DNA of 64,000 bases, taken from NCBI GenBank assembly GCA_964628665.1, contig CAZVNX010000007.1, forward strand, positions 13,073-77,072, in the 5' to 3' direction. Source of the stretch: an uncultured Pseudomonadales bacterium. Lineage in GTDB: Bacteria; Pseudomonadota; Gammaproteobacteria; Pseudomonadales; Litorivicinaceae. Of the stretch, positions 50,042 to 60,424 are shown piece by piece. The notes under the pieces are model-generated. The model was not told where the DNA came from and did no database searches. It saw only the letters and a list, made by a program, of their open reading frames with translations. The position numbers and the translations under genes were made by a program. Every line of letters begins with the position of its first letter. Position 1 is the first letter of the stretch.

Positions 50042-51135
50042 GTCGCTTTCCTTGGTTGGTAGGGCGTCGGATCAATCGTTGGTGTTCGGCCGAGCATCAT
50101 ATCAGCCAACAGTCGGGCAGAGGCAGGGGCCAACACCACGCCATTGCGGAAATGACCCGCATTGACCCAGAGGCTGTCAGACAGCGGACCAATCCATGGC
50201 ATCCCATCGGGTGAGCCGGGACGAAATCCCGCCCATTGGGCTTCGACCGAGACATCGGCAAGGGACGGAATCAACCGCAGCGCATCCGCATACAGCGCAT
50301 CAAACGCCGGTCGGTCCGGGGTTCTCTGGAAACCGACGTCTTCCAAGGTTGAGCCAAACACAATCCGACCGTCCGCGCGTGGAATCGCATACCGGCCGTC
50401 GCACAGCACCACGCGCGATACGCGATGCGAGGGTGCAAATAAGAGCATTTGTCCTTTCATGGGTCGGATCGGACAGTCCACCCCAATCGACTGCAACAGC
50501 TGGCCCGACCATGCGCCCGCAGCCACCACCAGACGCGGTGTCTCAATCACCCGCCCTTCGACCAGCACATGCGGCGCGTCGACCTCACCCTGCAGAATCA
50601 CATGCTGATGTTCTAATAGATGGATCCCTGGATGGGACACACAGGCTTTCCGCAGCGCCTGACCGAGTCGTGGCGTTCGCACGCTCGCAATTTCAGGCAT
50701 CCACAACGGTGCTTCATTGAGGGTGACGTGCGGTTCGAGAGCGTACGCCTCGTCAAGGCTCAATGGCACGACGCGCGGATTCAAGCCCTGCCCCCAGGTC
50801 AGCGCCTGGTCCCGCTCGGCCATTGCTGTGACTAACATGCCAGTCTGTAACCATTGCGCATCGATACCCGTCTGTGATGCCAGCCGTTCGATCAGACCCG
50901 AATAGGTCATCTGCGACCAGGTCGCCAAGGCGGTTACCCCAGGCGCATAACGCCATGGGTAGAGCGGGGACACAATTCCACCGCCAGCCCATGAGGATTC
51001 CATGGCGGCGCGGTGTCGATCAATGATCTGAACCTGCCAGCCCGCATCGGCTAACTCGAGCGCGGTCATCAAACCAATGACCCCCGCACCCAAAATGGTC
51101 ACGTCGGATCGGGTCAGAAAGGATGGGTGTTGCAT
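50038..51135 (-). CDS. FAD-dependent glycine/D-amino-acid oxidase family protein (ThiO-like)
   Basis: DVTILGAGVIGLMTALELADAG dinucleotide fold, 365 aa. No TPP riboswitch-like sequence was seen upstream. Confidence 0.8.
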   Translation of the reverse strand: MQHPSFLTRSDVTILGAGVIGLMTALELADAGWQVQIIDRHRAAMESSWAGGGIVSPLYPWRYAPGVTALATWSQMTYSGLIERLASQTGIDAQWLQTGMLVTAMAERDQALTWGQGLNPRVVPLSLDEAYALEPHVTLNEAPLWMPEIASVRTPRLGQALRKACVSHPGIHLLEHQHVILQGEVDAPHVLVEGRVIETPRLVVAAGAWSGQLLQSIGVDCPIRPMKGQMLLFAPSHRVSRVVLCDGRYAIPRADGRIVFGSTLEDVGFQRTPDRPAFDALYADALRLIPSLADVSVEAQWAGFRPGSPDGMPWIGPLSDSLWVNAGHFRNGVVLAPASARLLADMMLGRTPTIDPTPYQPRKAT

Positions 51136-51565
51136 GTCGGTAGTATCGCACGACCACCCCCTTTTCTTCAGCCGAAACTACACTCTCTACATGCAACTCG
51201 TAAGCCTTCTGACAGCAAGTGCGATCACACTGACGCTACTTGGCCATAGCATCGCGACTTGGAATGCGCCTCGCGAGCGTCAAGCCGCACAGATCACGGC
51301 CGCCGCCTATCAACAAGCAGTCCGACACACACTGGTCTTGGCAATGGCGAATCAACAGTCCGTGGACGTAAAACAACCCGACACACCCCAGCAGGTGCAG
51401 ATTCGGACGCTGGCTGGGAGGCGCATTACCGCCTACCCAGACGGGACTATCAGTCCGGGACAAATTCGAATTTGCGGGCGCATCAATGACTTGGTGCTCA
51501 ACCTCTCAAGTCTCGGCCGTGTGGCAATGCGATCCGAACAACCGGCCTGTGACCTACCAACATGA
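51134..51565 (+). CDS. FimT/GspH-like pseudopilin with a degenerate prepilin signal
   Basis: SRNYTLYMQLVSLLTASAITLTLLG aligns with the RGFTLIELLV class III signal but has Asn at -1, Tyr at +1 and Met at +5. The position matches fimT in Pseudomonas synteny. The start is uncertain (51134 or 51191). Confidence 0.4.
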   Translation: MSVVSHDHPLFFSRNYTLYMQLVSLLTASAITLTLLGHSIATWNAPRERQAAQITAAAYQQAVRHTLVLAMANQQSVDVKQPDTPQQVQIRTLAGRRITAYPDGTISPGQIRICGRINDLVLNLSSLGRVAMRSEQPACDLPT

Positions 51566-51931
51566 GGTGTGACCGCCGTCACGTTCACCATGCGTTGTGA
51601 GGGTCCAAAACGGACAGGGATGCGTCGTGATGGGCTCTAACCGAATCGCCCGACAGTCCATCCCACAGTGCGTGACAGTCAATCGCGCGTTCGATGGGCT
51701 ATCGATCTGTTCAGGAAACACGCCGTGATCTTGGTAATGCAACCAAAATCCCTCGACCGCATCCAATAGGATAGTTTGATACTGAATACTTTGGCTCCGA
51801 TGCATGCTGCTACCGATCAGCTGACCGGCGCCAATCGCTAGAATCGCCGCGATGCCGATCACGACCAATAGCTCAATCATGGAGAACCCACGGTTGCGCG
51901 CCACAGCGCTTGCCGTTCTGAGATGTGCCAT
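51554..51931 (-). CDS. Type IV pilin-like protein (PilE-like)
   Basis: Canonical class III signal ARNRG/FSMIELLVVIGIAAILAIGAG. Four Cys residues in the C-terminal half. ATG at 51931 with GGAGG upstream. The tracked ORF is 43 codons longer. Confidence 0.7.
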   Translation of the reverse strand: MAHLRTASAVARNRGFSMIELLVVIGIAAILAIGAGQLIGSSMHRSQSIQYQTILLDAVEGFWLHYQDHGVFPEQIDSPSNARLTVTHCGMDCRAIRLEPITTHPCPFWTLTTHGERDGGHTSCW

Positions 51932-52218
51932 TGTCCATCCTCCCAATGCGCTCGCAAACGAACCATCCGGACAGACAGCCCATCCGGTACCTCGTATTCG
52001 ATGACCTGTGGCGAATCCTCTGGCACAAGACCGGCGAGTGCCTGATCCAGGGCTTGCCACTCGAGTTCCGCTGCCAACAGAGTCTTATCCTCCATACCCA
52101 ACACGCGTTCGCTCTGAATGCGTTCTGTGATCCGCAGGGTAAAGTCAGACACCCACAAAAACCCCAGCACGGAGACAAACACCAGTGCGCCGATCAGGAC
52201 CGATCCACGCCTAGACAT
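51877..52218 (-). CDS. PilX-like minor pilin (short)
   Basis: MSRRGSVLIGALVFVSVLGFLWVS resembles the PilX N-terminal domain (no Glu5). AGGTGA SD. Overlaps its neighbours by 8 and 55 nt. Confidence 0.5.
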   Translation of the reverse strand: MSRRGSVLIGALVFVSVLGFLWVSDFTLRITERIQSERVLGMEDKTLLAAELEWQALDQALAGLVPEDSPQVIEYEVPDGLSVRMVRLRAHWEDGQWHISERQALWRATVGSP

Positions 52219-52720
52219 CGATCACCTGCCCTGGCAAACGCCGATGACAATAGGACCAGTCCGGATCTTTGAGATACAAACACATCCGGGTGCGATCCGT
52301 TTCCAGGCGCAAATCCCCACGCGCATCCATCAACGCATGATGCGAGGTGTTCCCAAACCGATTCTGATAAATCCAAATGGCTGGATCTGTTTGTTGCTGA
52401 CTCTGGCCGCGATAGACATAAATCACCGAGAACGGATGACTGATACGCATCGCCACCGAACCCAAGGGGGTGACCAAGGAAGAGCCGATCTCAGCCGACA
52501 TCTGTGCCGTCGAAACCGCCTCAAATCGCTCCGCAGGCACCATCAAAATCGGCAAATAAAAGGTGGCATCGTTCAGATCATTGCGTGCCAGTGCGCCGCT
52601 GATTTCCACTGCACGGCGCGATGCATCATTCGACCAAATCGACACCATCACAAGCGTCAACGCAAGCCCAATTGCGAGTGCAACCAGTGTCTCCGCTAAA
52701 AGTCCGGCCTGTCGAACCAT
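52211..52720 (-). CDS. PilW-like minor pilin (short)
   Basis: MVRQAG/LLAETLVALAIGLALTLVMV is prepilin-like but has Glu at +4. AGGAGG SD. 169 aa. Confidence 0.5.
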   Translation of the reverse strand: MVRQAGLLAETLVALAIGLALTLVMVSIWSNDASRRAVEISGALARNDLNDATFYLPILMVPAERFEAVSTAQMSAEIGSSLVTPLGSVAMRISHPFSVIYVYRGQSQQQTDPAIWIYQNRFGNTSHHALMDARGDLRLETDRTRMCLYLKDPDWSYCHRRLPGQVIDV

Positions 52721-53100
52721 GGAACCTCCTGTTGGTAAGTGATCTGTGAATCGCCTCGAAGGACGACCTCGCTGACGTACTGTTGTTCCCCAGCCGCTCG
52801 CACACTCAGCGTCAGCTGATATTCAGAGACAGGAACCGCCGCCATGGTTTCCTGAAAGGTCTGAAATCGATCCGATGGCACGATGCCTGTTGCGCCCTGA
52901 TCGTACAGAAGCCACTGTCCGGTCTGTGTTTGACCTTGACTCAGGACCAAGGCCACTTGAGCTGCATCGATCAAGGTGGCACGCACGCGACGATCGGCTT
53001 CCGCAGTCTGAAGATCTGGACCACGTGAAACGAGAATCACCAGAATCAAGCTGATGATGGCAAGCCCTGTGAGGGCATCTGTTAAAGCAAATCCACGCAT
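52696..53100 (-). CDS. PilV-like minor pilin (short)
   Basis: MRG/FALTDALTGLAIISLILVILV is prepilin-like with Asp at +5. GAGGAGG SD. 134 aa. Confidence 0.55.
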   Translation of the reverse strand: MRGFALTDALTGLAIISLILVILVSRGPDLQTAEADRRVRATLIDAAQVALVLSQGQTQTGQWLLYDQGATGIVPSDRFQTFQETMAAVPVSEYQLTLSVRAAGEQQYVSEVVLRGDSQITYQQEVPWFDRPDF

Positions 53101-53157
53101 ACTGTCCTCCTCGGACAGTACAGCAGGATCATCGGAGATGCGGAGGGATGGTGGACC

Positions 53158-54111
53158 TTAGTCCGAATCCACCGGGTGAAGTCGTAACTCTTTTGGGAGG
53201 GAAAATTGCACCGATTCGGTAACACCGATCTCTTGGACAACATCGGTCGCACCAAGGCGCTGCAGATGTGCACAGACCGCTTGCACCACTGACTCCGGTG
53301 CAGATGCGCCAGCCGTGACCGCCACAGAATCGACCCCATTTAACCAAGCAGGATCAATTTGTTCCGGGGTGTCAATCAGATAGGCAGCCGTTCCAAGACG
53401 TTCGGCCAGTTCGCGAAGACGATTGGAATTGGAGGAATTCGGGGAGCCCACGACGAGCACTAGGTCATGTCCGCTCGCCAATCGCTTCACAGCGTCCTGA
53501 CGGTTCTGGGTGGCATAACAAATATCGTCTTTTCGCGGACCTTCGATTTCCGGAAAGCGCTCCCGCAAGCGGTCGATGATCCGCGCAGTATCGTCCATCG
53601 ACAGCGTGGTCTGGGTCACAAAGCAGGCGCGGGCAGGATCGGCAAGCTCGATGTGGCTCGCATCCTCTTCACTCTCGACCAAACGCATCGAGCCCCCGTA
53701 GCGCGTATCAAACTGCCCCATGGTGCCTTCAACCTCTGGATGCCCGGCATGACCAATTAAGATACATTCACGCCCCTCTTTGGCAAACTTGATCACTTCC
53801 ATGTGCACCTTGGTCACTAACGGACAGGTGGCATCAAAGACCTGCAAGGCACGTCGTTTGGCTTCCGTTTGCACCGCCTGGGACACACCATGCGCGGAAA
53901 AAATCACAATGGCGTCATCGGGGATCTCATCGAGTTCATCGACAAAGACCGCGCCCCGGTCGCGCAAATCGTCGACCACAGTTTTGTTATGCACGACCTC
54001 GTGCCGCACATAGACAGGAGCTCCAAAGACCTCCAATGCGCGATTCACGATATCGATTGCCCGATCGACACCTGCACAAAATCCACGCGGGTTGGCGAGA
54101 GTGACTTGCAT
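53158..54111 (-). CDS. ispH: 4-hydroxy-3-methylbut-2-enyl diphosphate reductase
   Basis: [22 protein letters not shown]...[10 protein letters not shown]... Confidence 0.95.
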   Translation of the reverse strand: MQVTLANPRGFCAGVDRAIDIVNRALEVFGAPVYVRHEVVHNKTVVDDLRDRGAVFVDELDEIPDDAIVIFSAHGVSQAVQTEAKRRALQVFDATCPLVTKVHMEVIKFAKEGRECILIGHAGHPEVEGTMGQFDTRYGGSMRLVESEEDASHIELADPARACFVTQTTLSMDDTARIIDRLRERFPEIEGPRKDDICYATQNRQDAVKRLASGHDLVLVVGSPNSSNSNRLRELAERLGTAAYLIDTPEQIDPAWLNGVDSVAVTAGASAPESVVQAVCAHLQRLGATDVVQEIGVTESVQFSLPKELRLHPVDSD

Positions 54112-54563
54112 CAGTGCATCTCCGCCGGCGCGACTGCGAGGATCTCAACTTCAAATTCGAGTTCACGTCCTGCAAGCGGATGGTTAAAATCCACCGTGAC
54201 CTGCTGTGCATTGAATTCCACCACGACGCCAGGCAACTCCGTGTTGGCCTTATCCTGGAAACTCACCACCAGGCCCTCGGATAACTCCACTGAGGGGTCA
54301 AACTGGTCCCGTGCAATTTTTTGTACATTGGAGGGATTGTGTTGACCGAACCCATCTTGGGGTGGGATCCGTCGAACCTGATGATCACCCGCTTTCAGTC
54401 CCATCAGTGTTGCTTCAAAACTGGCAGGCAAATTCCCGTCACCAATCACCAGATCGGCCGGCTTTTTCTCGAAAGTTGAGTCCACCAACTCGCCACTGTC
54501 CGCAAGTCGCAGGGCAAAGTGCAAGGTGACTTTACAATTCGGGCCGATGTCGAGCATCCACAT
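54111..54563 (-). CDS. fkpB: FKBP-type peptidyl-prolyl cis-trans isomerase
   Basis: 150 aa with an FKBP fold and IF insert ([19 protein letters not shown]...[19 protein letters not shown]). The start may be Met3 at 54557. Confidence 0.85.
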   Translation of the reverse strand: MWMLDIGPNCKVTLHFALRLADSGELVDSTFEKKPADLVIGDGNLPASFEATLMGLKAGDHQVRRIPPQDGFGQHNPSNVQKIARDQFDPSVELSEGLVVSFQDKANTELPGVVVEFNAQQVTVDFNHPLAGRELEFEVEILAVAPAEMH

Positions 54564-55005
54564 ACCATCCTATTAACAACGCAATGGCTGCCAGCGTAAT
54601 GCTGGTATCCGCCAAATTAAATGCGGGGAACGACCAAGCCCCCCAATGAAAGTGTAAAAAATCGACCACGTATCCGAACAGCACGCGATCCAATGCATTA
54701 CCCAAAGCACCCGGGACCAGTAACACGTACCCACTTGCGATCCAGGTATTCAGCTCTTCAAGCCATAGGGCTCGGAGGCAGTAGACGGTCACACCGACCG
54801 CCAAGGCCAAAAATAACCAACGTTGCCAGCCACCTGCATCGGCTAAGAAGCTGAAGGCGGCACCGGTGTTATGCAAGAGCGTGAATGAAAAAAAAGGCAG
54901 CACACGCACCGGCTCGGCATAGATCAGCACCTCAGACGCGAGGATCTTGGTGCCCTGATCAAGCAACAAAATCGCTGCCATGATCAGAGCCACTCGGAGG
55001 CTCAC
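54532..55005 (-). CDS. lspA: Lipoprotein signal peptidase II
   Basis: 157 aa, 4 TM helices. NTGAAFSF and NLADTSI motifs. Confidence 0.9.
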   Translation of the reverse strand: MSLRVALIMAAILLLDQGTKILASEVLIYAEPVRVLPFFSFTLLHNTGAAFSFLADAGGWQRWLFLALAVGVTVYCLRALWLEELNTWIASGYVLLVPGALGNALDRVLFGYVVDFLHFHWGAWSFPAFNLADTSITLAAIALLIGWYVDARHRPEL

Positions 55006-57827
55006 GCGTAAGTCCGTTGTTCGCCTGCACCCTCAACATTGTCCAGACAACGTCCGCACAATTCGGGGTGCGCAGCATGTGATCCCACATCGGCACGGTG
55101 ATGCCAACACCGTTCACACTTGGCAGCCTCAGTGGCCGTGACCATGACCCATAAGCCTGGGCAATCTGGATCCTCAACAGCCTCTGCCGGGCGCGCATCA
55201 TGGGTTGCCAGATGGGCTTCTGAGGTAATGGTCACGAACCGCAACTCGTCGCCCAGTTTCGTCAACTCGGCAGCCATGGTTGGATCGCAATAGAGCGTTA
55301 CATCGGCCGACAACGATCCTTTCACGACGCCGGCATTTCGGGCCAGTTCAATCGCTTGGTTGACAGCCACTTTGACCCGCTGGATGAGCGCCCAATCCAC
55401 CTGAGCGCGGCCCTCTGCCTGTGGTAATTCCATGGCGGTGACTGCAAACACGTAGGGATGCGGCCGTGTTCCCGGCATTGATTCCCAAATCTCTTGCGCC
55501 GTAAACGACAAGATTGGCGACATCCACCGCACAAAGGCTTCGGTCATCCAATAGAGTGCGGTTTGCGCACTTCGGCGTGCATGACTATCCGCCTTCAGCG
55601 TGTATTGGCGATCTTTGATGATATCGAGATAGAACCCGCCCAAGTCATCCACACAGAAGTGATGCAGTGCTTGGGTGACCTCAGAGAACTCATAGGCCGC
55701 ATAGTGCGCCATAATCTTTGCACCCAAGACCTCGGTACGTCGGACCATTTCCGCATCCAACGACACCAGATCCTGCATCGAAACCTGATCGGTTGAAGGA
55801 TCAAACCCATTGAGGTTTGCCAGCATAAAGCGCGCGGTATTGCGGATCCGTCGATAGGTGTCTGCGGTACGGTTCAAGATCTCATCACCGACCGTCATTT
55901 CTTTAGTGAAATCGGTCGAGGCAATCCACAGTCGCAAAATGTCGGCGCCAAGGGAATTCATCACTTTTTGCGGCGGGATGACATTGCCGAGCGACTTCGA
56001 CATCTTCCGGCCATCTTTGTCGACCGTAAATCCGTGGGTTAAAAGACCCTGATAAGGCGCCCGTCCGTGAATCGCAACCGACGTCAACAGAGACGACTGG
56101 AACCAACCTCGATGCTGATCAGAGCCCTCAAGGTAGAGATCAGCTGGAAACTGTAACCCTTCGCGTCGTGCGAGGACCGACGCGTGCGTTGTGCCGGAGT
56201 CAAACCACACATCCAAGACATCAGTCACCTTGCGATAATCCGCCGCCTCAGCACCGAGCAGAGTCTCTGGCTCTAAATCAAACCATGCGTTGATTCCATC
56301 AGCCTCGATCCGCTTCGCAATGTCTTCGAACAATGCCTCAGTGCGTGGATGCAGTTGGCTGGTTTCTTTGTGCACAAAGACCGTGATCGGGACTCCCCAA
56401 TTGCGCTGGCGAGAGATACACCAATCAGGTCGGTCGTCCAGCATGGCGGCCAACCGGTTTTTACCCCAGGTCGGCGTGAACTCGATTTCAGACTCAACGG
56501 CTTGCCGAGCGCGCTCTAAGAGGCCCTCACCTTGCATACGGATAAACCACTGCGGCGTGGCGCGATAAATCACAGGTGATTTGTGACGCCAACAATGCGG
56601 ATAGGAGTGCTCCAAGGGTGCTTTGTGAACCAAACGCCCAGCCGCCTTTAAATATTCAGCGATCACTGGCGCCGCCTTTTCCACATGCAGGCCAGCCACC
56701 ACAGACACGGTGTCTGCAAAGGTGCCGTCGTCGCGGACAGGCGTGAGTAGCTCCAGGTTTAAATCCTTGGCGGCGTTAAAATCTTCAAGGCCATAGGCAG
56801 GCGCTGAGTGCACAGCCCCAGTTCCCGCTTCGAGCGTGACGTGCTGTCCAAGCACCACAGGCACCACGCGCCCGTCCCAGGGCGCTTCACACGTGATCCC
56901 TTCGAGCGCGTCGCCCGCCGTGCGACCGAGAATCTCAAAATCCGCCACCCCGTAACGTGCAGCCAAGGCCTCCAGACGGCCCTCCGCCAACACCAGGGTC
57001 CAGGTCGTTTCGTCTTTCTCAAACCGCGCGAGCACGTAGGTGAGTTCGGGATTTACAGCGACAAACTGGTTTGCCGGAAGTGTCCATGGCGTGGTGGTCC
57101 AGATCGCCATCGCGGCACGCGACGCAGTGTCTGCATCGACTGCAAAAACAGATGCCACCTGATCCGGATTTTGAATCGGAAAGGCCACATCGACCGTGTG
57201 GGTTTTCCGATCTTGGTATTCCACCTCGGCTTCGGCCAACGCACTCTCACAGTCCATACACCAATACACCGGTTTGGCACCTTGGTGGAAATGGCCGTTG
57301 GCGATGATTCGACCCAGTGAGCGGACGATGTCCGCCTCGACTGCATAATCCATGGTCAAATAAGGACGATCCCAATCGCCAAGCACACCCAAGCGCTGGA
57401 AGTCGACCTTTTGGCGCTCAATCTGGGTCGCCGCGTATTCCCTGCAGGCATTACGGAATGCACTGGCTGTTTCAAACGCCTGACCAATTTTCCCGATCGA
57501 TGTCTCGACCTTATGCTCGATGGGTAACCCATGACAGTCCCAGCCAGGAATATAGGGCGCGTTATAGCCCGCAAGCCCCTTGGACTTGACCACAATGTCT
57601 TTCAGGACCTTGTTGACGGCATGGCCGATGTGGATGTCGCCGTTGGCGTACGGAGGGCCGTCGTGCAGGATAAAGTGCTTATCACGATCCGCCTGTGCTG
57701 CGCGCACTTGCCCATAGCAATCATCAGCAATCCACTGCGCGAGCATTTCCGGCTCGCGTTTTGCCAGATTGCCGCGCATCGGGAATGGCGTCTCGGGTAG
57801 ATTCAGCGTGTGTTTATAGTCGGTCAT
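55002..57827 (-). CDS. ileS: Isoleucine-tRNA ligase
   Basis: [19 protein letters not shown], the HIGH motif ([11 protein letters not shown]), KMSKS and a C-terminal Zn-finger Cys cluster. Start at 57827. The tracked ORF is 27 codons longer. Confidence 0.97.
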   Translation of the reverse strand: MTDYKHTLNLPETPFPMRGNLAKREPEMLAQWIADDCYGQVRAAQADRDKHFILHDGPPYANGDIHIGHAVNKVLKDIVVKSKGLAGYNAPYIPGWDCHGLPIEHKVETSIGKIGQAFETASAFRNACREYAATQIERQKVDFQRLGVLGDWDRPYLTMDYAVEADIVRSLGRIIANGHFHQGAKPVYWCMDCESALAEAEVEYQDRKTHTVDVAFPIQNPDQVASVFAVDADTASRAAMAIWTTTPWTLPANQFVAVNPELTYVLARFEKDETTWTLVLAEGRLEALAARYGVADFEILGRTAGDALEGITCEAPWDGRVVPVVLGQHVTLEAGTGAVHSAPAYGLEDFNAAKDLNLELLTPVRDDGTFADTVSVVAGLHVEKAAPVIAEYLKAAGRLVHKAPLEHSYPHCWRHKSPVIYRATPQWFIRMQGEGLLERARQAVESEIEFTPTWGKNRLAAMLDDRPDWCISRQRNWGVPITVFVHKETSQLHPRTEALFEDIAKRIEADGINAWFDLEPETLLGAEAADYRKVTDVLDVWFDSGTTHASVLARREGLQFPADLYLEGSDQHRGWFQSSLLTSVAIHGRAPYQGLLTHGFTVDKDGRKMSKSLGNVIPPQKVMNSLGADILRLWIASTDFTKEMTVGDEILNRTADTYRRIRNTARFMLANLNGFDPSTDQVSMQDLVSLDAEMVRRTEVLGAKIMAHYAAYEFSEVTQALHHFCVDDLGGFYLDIIKDRQYTLKADSHARRSAQTALYWMTEAFVRWMSPILSFTAQEIWESMPGTRPHPYVFAVTAMELPQAEGRAQVDWALIQRVKVAVNQAIELARNAGVVKGSLSADVTLYCDPTMAAELTKLGDELRFVTITSEAHLATHDARPAEAVEDPDCPGLWVMVTATEAAKCERCWHHRADVGSHAAHPELCGRCLDNVEGAGEQRTYA

Positions 57828-58764
57828 GCAATTCGGGTCCAAGCAATGCCGTAAGCTGATCCAGAGCAATGCGATTGTCTTTGGCAATTTGTGCCGATAA
57901 CAATTCAACGCTCTCGAACTTTTGCTCTGGGCGGATAAAAAATCGGGGTATCACGGTCAAACGTTGACCATACAACTCAAGGTTCTGATGGTGCAAATGC
58001 ACTTCGAGCCAGGAACCACCCCCAGATACCGTAGGGCGCGTCCCAATATTAGCAATGCCACGGGCCATGGCGCCATCCGGCAAACGGATTTCACAACCAA
58101 AAACACCAGCCAATGGCGTGTTTTTTGGTAATCGAATGTTGGCGGTCGGAAATCCGAGCGTCCGGCCAAGCTGTCGGCCGTAGATCACTCGACCCGACAA
58201 TGCAAATGGCCGACCCAACAGTTGGGCAGCCAGATCAAAGTCATGCGCGGTGAGCGCATCGCGAATCCGCGACGACGAGATCCGCGCCGGCCCATCACAA
58301 TGCGTTGCCGATTGTTCAAGCGTAAAGCCGAATCGAGCGCCCGCCTCAGTTAAATAGGTAAAGTCACCACGACGATCCGCGCCAAAGCGAAAATCATCAC
58401 CGACCACCAGGTGGCTGACCCGTTGCCCAGCGATCAGGGATGCCACAAAGTGTTCGGCTGTCATCTGTCGAATGCGATCAAAACGCAGACACCACACACA
58501 ATCGACATGCAAATCCGCGAGGGCCTCCACTTTGTCACGCAGGGTCATTAAGCGCACTGGAGGCGGATCACCACGGAGTCGTGCAAACACCTCGCGAGGC
58601 TGTGGTTCAAATAACAGCGCCGTCAATGGCATCCCTCGGGCATCGGCCGCGGCCCGGGCCTGGGCAATCACAGCCTGATGACCGCGATGCACTCCGTCGA
58701 AATTACCGATCGTCAGCACTTGCGGTGTTTCAAACAGGGCCGTTTGGCCAAAAGCAAACATCAT
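57814..58764 (-). CDS. ribF: Bifunctional riboflavin kinase / FMN adenylyltransferase
   Basis: [14 protein letters not shown] and the C-terminal kinase motif GFPTANI. Start set at Met 58764, just after the murJ stop. Confidence 0.9.
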   Translation of the reverse strand: MMFAFGQTALFETPQVLTIGNFDGVHRGHQAVIAQARAAADARGMPLTALLFEPQPREVFARLRGDPPPVRLMTLRDKVEALADLHVDCVWCLRFDRIRQMTAEHFVASLIAGQRVSHLVVGDDFRFGADRRGDFTYLTEAGARFGFTLEQSATHCDGPARISSSRIRDALTAHDFDLAAQLLGRPFALSGRVIYGRQLGRTLGFPTANIRLPKNTPLAGVFGCEIRLPDGAMARGIANIGTRPTVSGGGSWLEVHLHHQNLELYGQRLTVIPRFFIRPEQKFESVELLSAQIAKDNRIALDQLTALLGPELHDRL

Positions 58765-58775
58765 AGGCGCGTGGA

Positions 58776-60320
58776 CTAAACCTTCGGTGGAACCAGCATG
58801 CGAGTATAACGGATCCCAACCAGCCACAGCGTGGCCAAGTAGAATACGCCGGCAAAGCCAAGCAACGCGGCAGTCAACACGACACGCATCCACATGCCCT
58901 CAGTCGCAAGCTCAAGCGCAGTCGGCGCCCACCAGCCCACTTGGACCATAACAATCAGTGCCAGACCCACTTGCCACACAGGCTTCCAAGGGATCTCGGC
59001 GATTTGGTACCAACCCCGTTGATGCAATCCGCGCAATAAAAGTGCTGCATTGAGCCAAGCAGACAAACTGGTGGCCAGCGCCAGGCCAACGTGATCCAGA
59101 GACCAGACCAACATTAGGTTAAACGCCATATTGGCAACCATGGCAATTAAGCCAATTTTCACCGGTGTTTTGGTGTCCTGATGGGCGAAGTAATGCGGCG
59201 CCAATACTTTAATCAGCATAAATGCGGGTAGCCCGAGCGAATACGCCATGAGCGAGGCTGCCGAGGCTTGAATATCCGACGCCTGCATGGCGCCGTATTG
59301 AAACAGTGTCGACAGGATCAACTCACCAAATACGGCCAAGACCATGGCACAAGGCAGACCCAAAACAAGGACCACCCAAATCGCCCAGCTTTGTGTGGCC
59401 TGTGCGGATGCCGTCTGATCGTTGGCGAACTCGCGCGACAATTTCGGCAAAATCACCGTCGAAACGGCGATTGCGATCACGCCTAACGGAAGCTCCATCA
59501 AACGATCTGAGTAGTACAGCCAAGACACCGAACCAGAAACCAACAGTGAGGCTAAAACCGTATCGAGCAACAGATTGATCTGACTTACGGAAACCCCGAA
59601 TAACGCAGGCACCATCAGCTTCAAGATATTGGAAACACCTGGATGATCAGATGCCAGACTCGGTTTTGGCAGCAATCCAGCGGCATGCAAGGCCGGCAGT
59701 TGGATGAGGAGTTGCACCACGCCGGCAATAAAGACGCCTATAGCCAGGCCGAGTACCGATGGCGAGATGAGAGGCGCCAAAAAAAGCGCCGCACCAATTA
59801 AACACAAGTTGAGAAAAATCGGTGTCGCGGCTGGCACAGCAAAGCGACCCACACTGTTGAGGATGCCCCCAGAGAACGCCACCAAGCTGATAAAAAAGAG
59901 GTAAGGAAAAGTCCAACGCAACAGTTCAGCGGTCAGTGCAAGCTTCCCCGGGTCATTGGCGAATCCAGGTGCGAAGACCTGCGCGATCACCGGAGCCGCC
60001 AGGACCCCAATCACCGTGATCAGCAACAGAATCAAACCAAACCGACCGGCCACTTGATTGACCAACTGTTGCACCGAGGCTTCGCCATGTTTCTCACGGG
60101 TCTCGGAAAACACGGGCACAAAGGCCTGAGCAAAGGCCCCTTCGCCAAACAATCTGCGCAGAAAATTTGGGATTTTAAATGCAACAAAGAACGCATCAGC
60201 CCCTGCTGAAGCACCCACAGCATTGGCAAGTACGATGTCTCGAATCAGGCCCGCAACCCGAGAGCCCATCGTCCAGCCGCCGACGGTGATGCCGGAGCGC
60301 AACATGTTTTCCTGACTCAA
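58776..60320 (-). CDS. murJ: Lipid II flippase MurJ (MviN)
   Basis: 514 aa, about 14 TM helices. RVAGLIRDIVLANAVGASAGADAFFVAFKIPNFLRRLFGEGAF. Confidence 0.92.
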   Translation of the reverse strand: MSQENMLRSGITVGGWTMGSRVAGLIRDIVLANAVGASAGADAFFVAFKIPNFLRRLFGEGAFAQAFVPVFSETREKHGEASVQQLVNQVAGRFGLILLLITVIGVLAAPVIAQVFAPGFANDPGKLALTAELLRWTFPYLFFISLVAFSGGILNSVGRFAVPAATPIFLNLCLIGAALFLAPLISPSVLGLAIGVFIAGVVQLLIQLPALHAAGLLPKPSLASDHPGVSNILKLMVPALFGVSVSQINLLLDTVLASLLVSGSVSWLYYSDRLMELPLGVIAIAVSTVILPKLSREFANDQTASAQATQSWAIWVVLVLGLPCAMVLAVFGELILSTLFQYGAMQASDIQASAASLMAYSLGLPAFMLIKVLAPHYFAHQDTKTPVKIGLIAMVANMAFNLMLVWSLDHVGLALATSLSAWLNAALLLRGLHQRGWYQIAEIPWKPVWQVGLALIVMVQVGWWAPTALELATEGMWMRVVLTAALLGFAGVFYLATLWLVGIRYTRMLVPPKV

Positions 60321-60332
60321 CGCCTACTTTCC

Positions 60333-60361
60333 TTGACCTGACCGTACATATCCGTTAAATT
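60333..60361 (+). promoter_or_regulatory. Putative sigma70 promoter of rpsT
   Basis: TTGACC (60333-60338), 17 nt, TAAATT (60356-60361), then a GC-rich discriminator CCCGCGCC. Confidence 0.5.
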
Positions 60362-60424
60362 CCCGCGCCTTGATTTTCAAAGTATTTCAACCGTTTCACA
60401 GTGTAGTGTAAGGGAGCAACCCCG

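Noticed and set aside
51136-51300. Expected TPP riboswitch upstream of the ThiO-like oxidase.
   Set aside because: I saw no CUGAGA/ACCUGA-type conserved TPP core on the minus strand, and the region is occupied by the FimT-like frame. The gene corresponds better to the FAD oxidase found next to fimT in Pseudomonas than to a thiamine operon member, so I left it as ThiO-like without a symbol.
52118-52699. 193-aa plus-strand ORF antisense to the PilW-like and PilX-like genes.
   Set aside because: The minus-strand frames each have an SD, coupled overlaps and pilin-type N-terminal helices. The plus-strand frame is His/Arg-rich with no such features.
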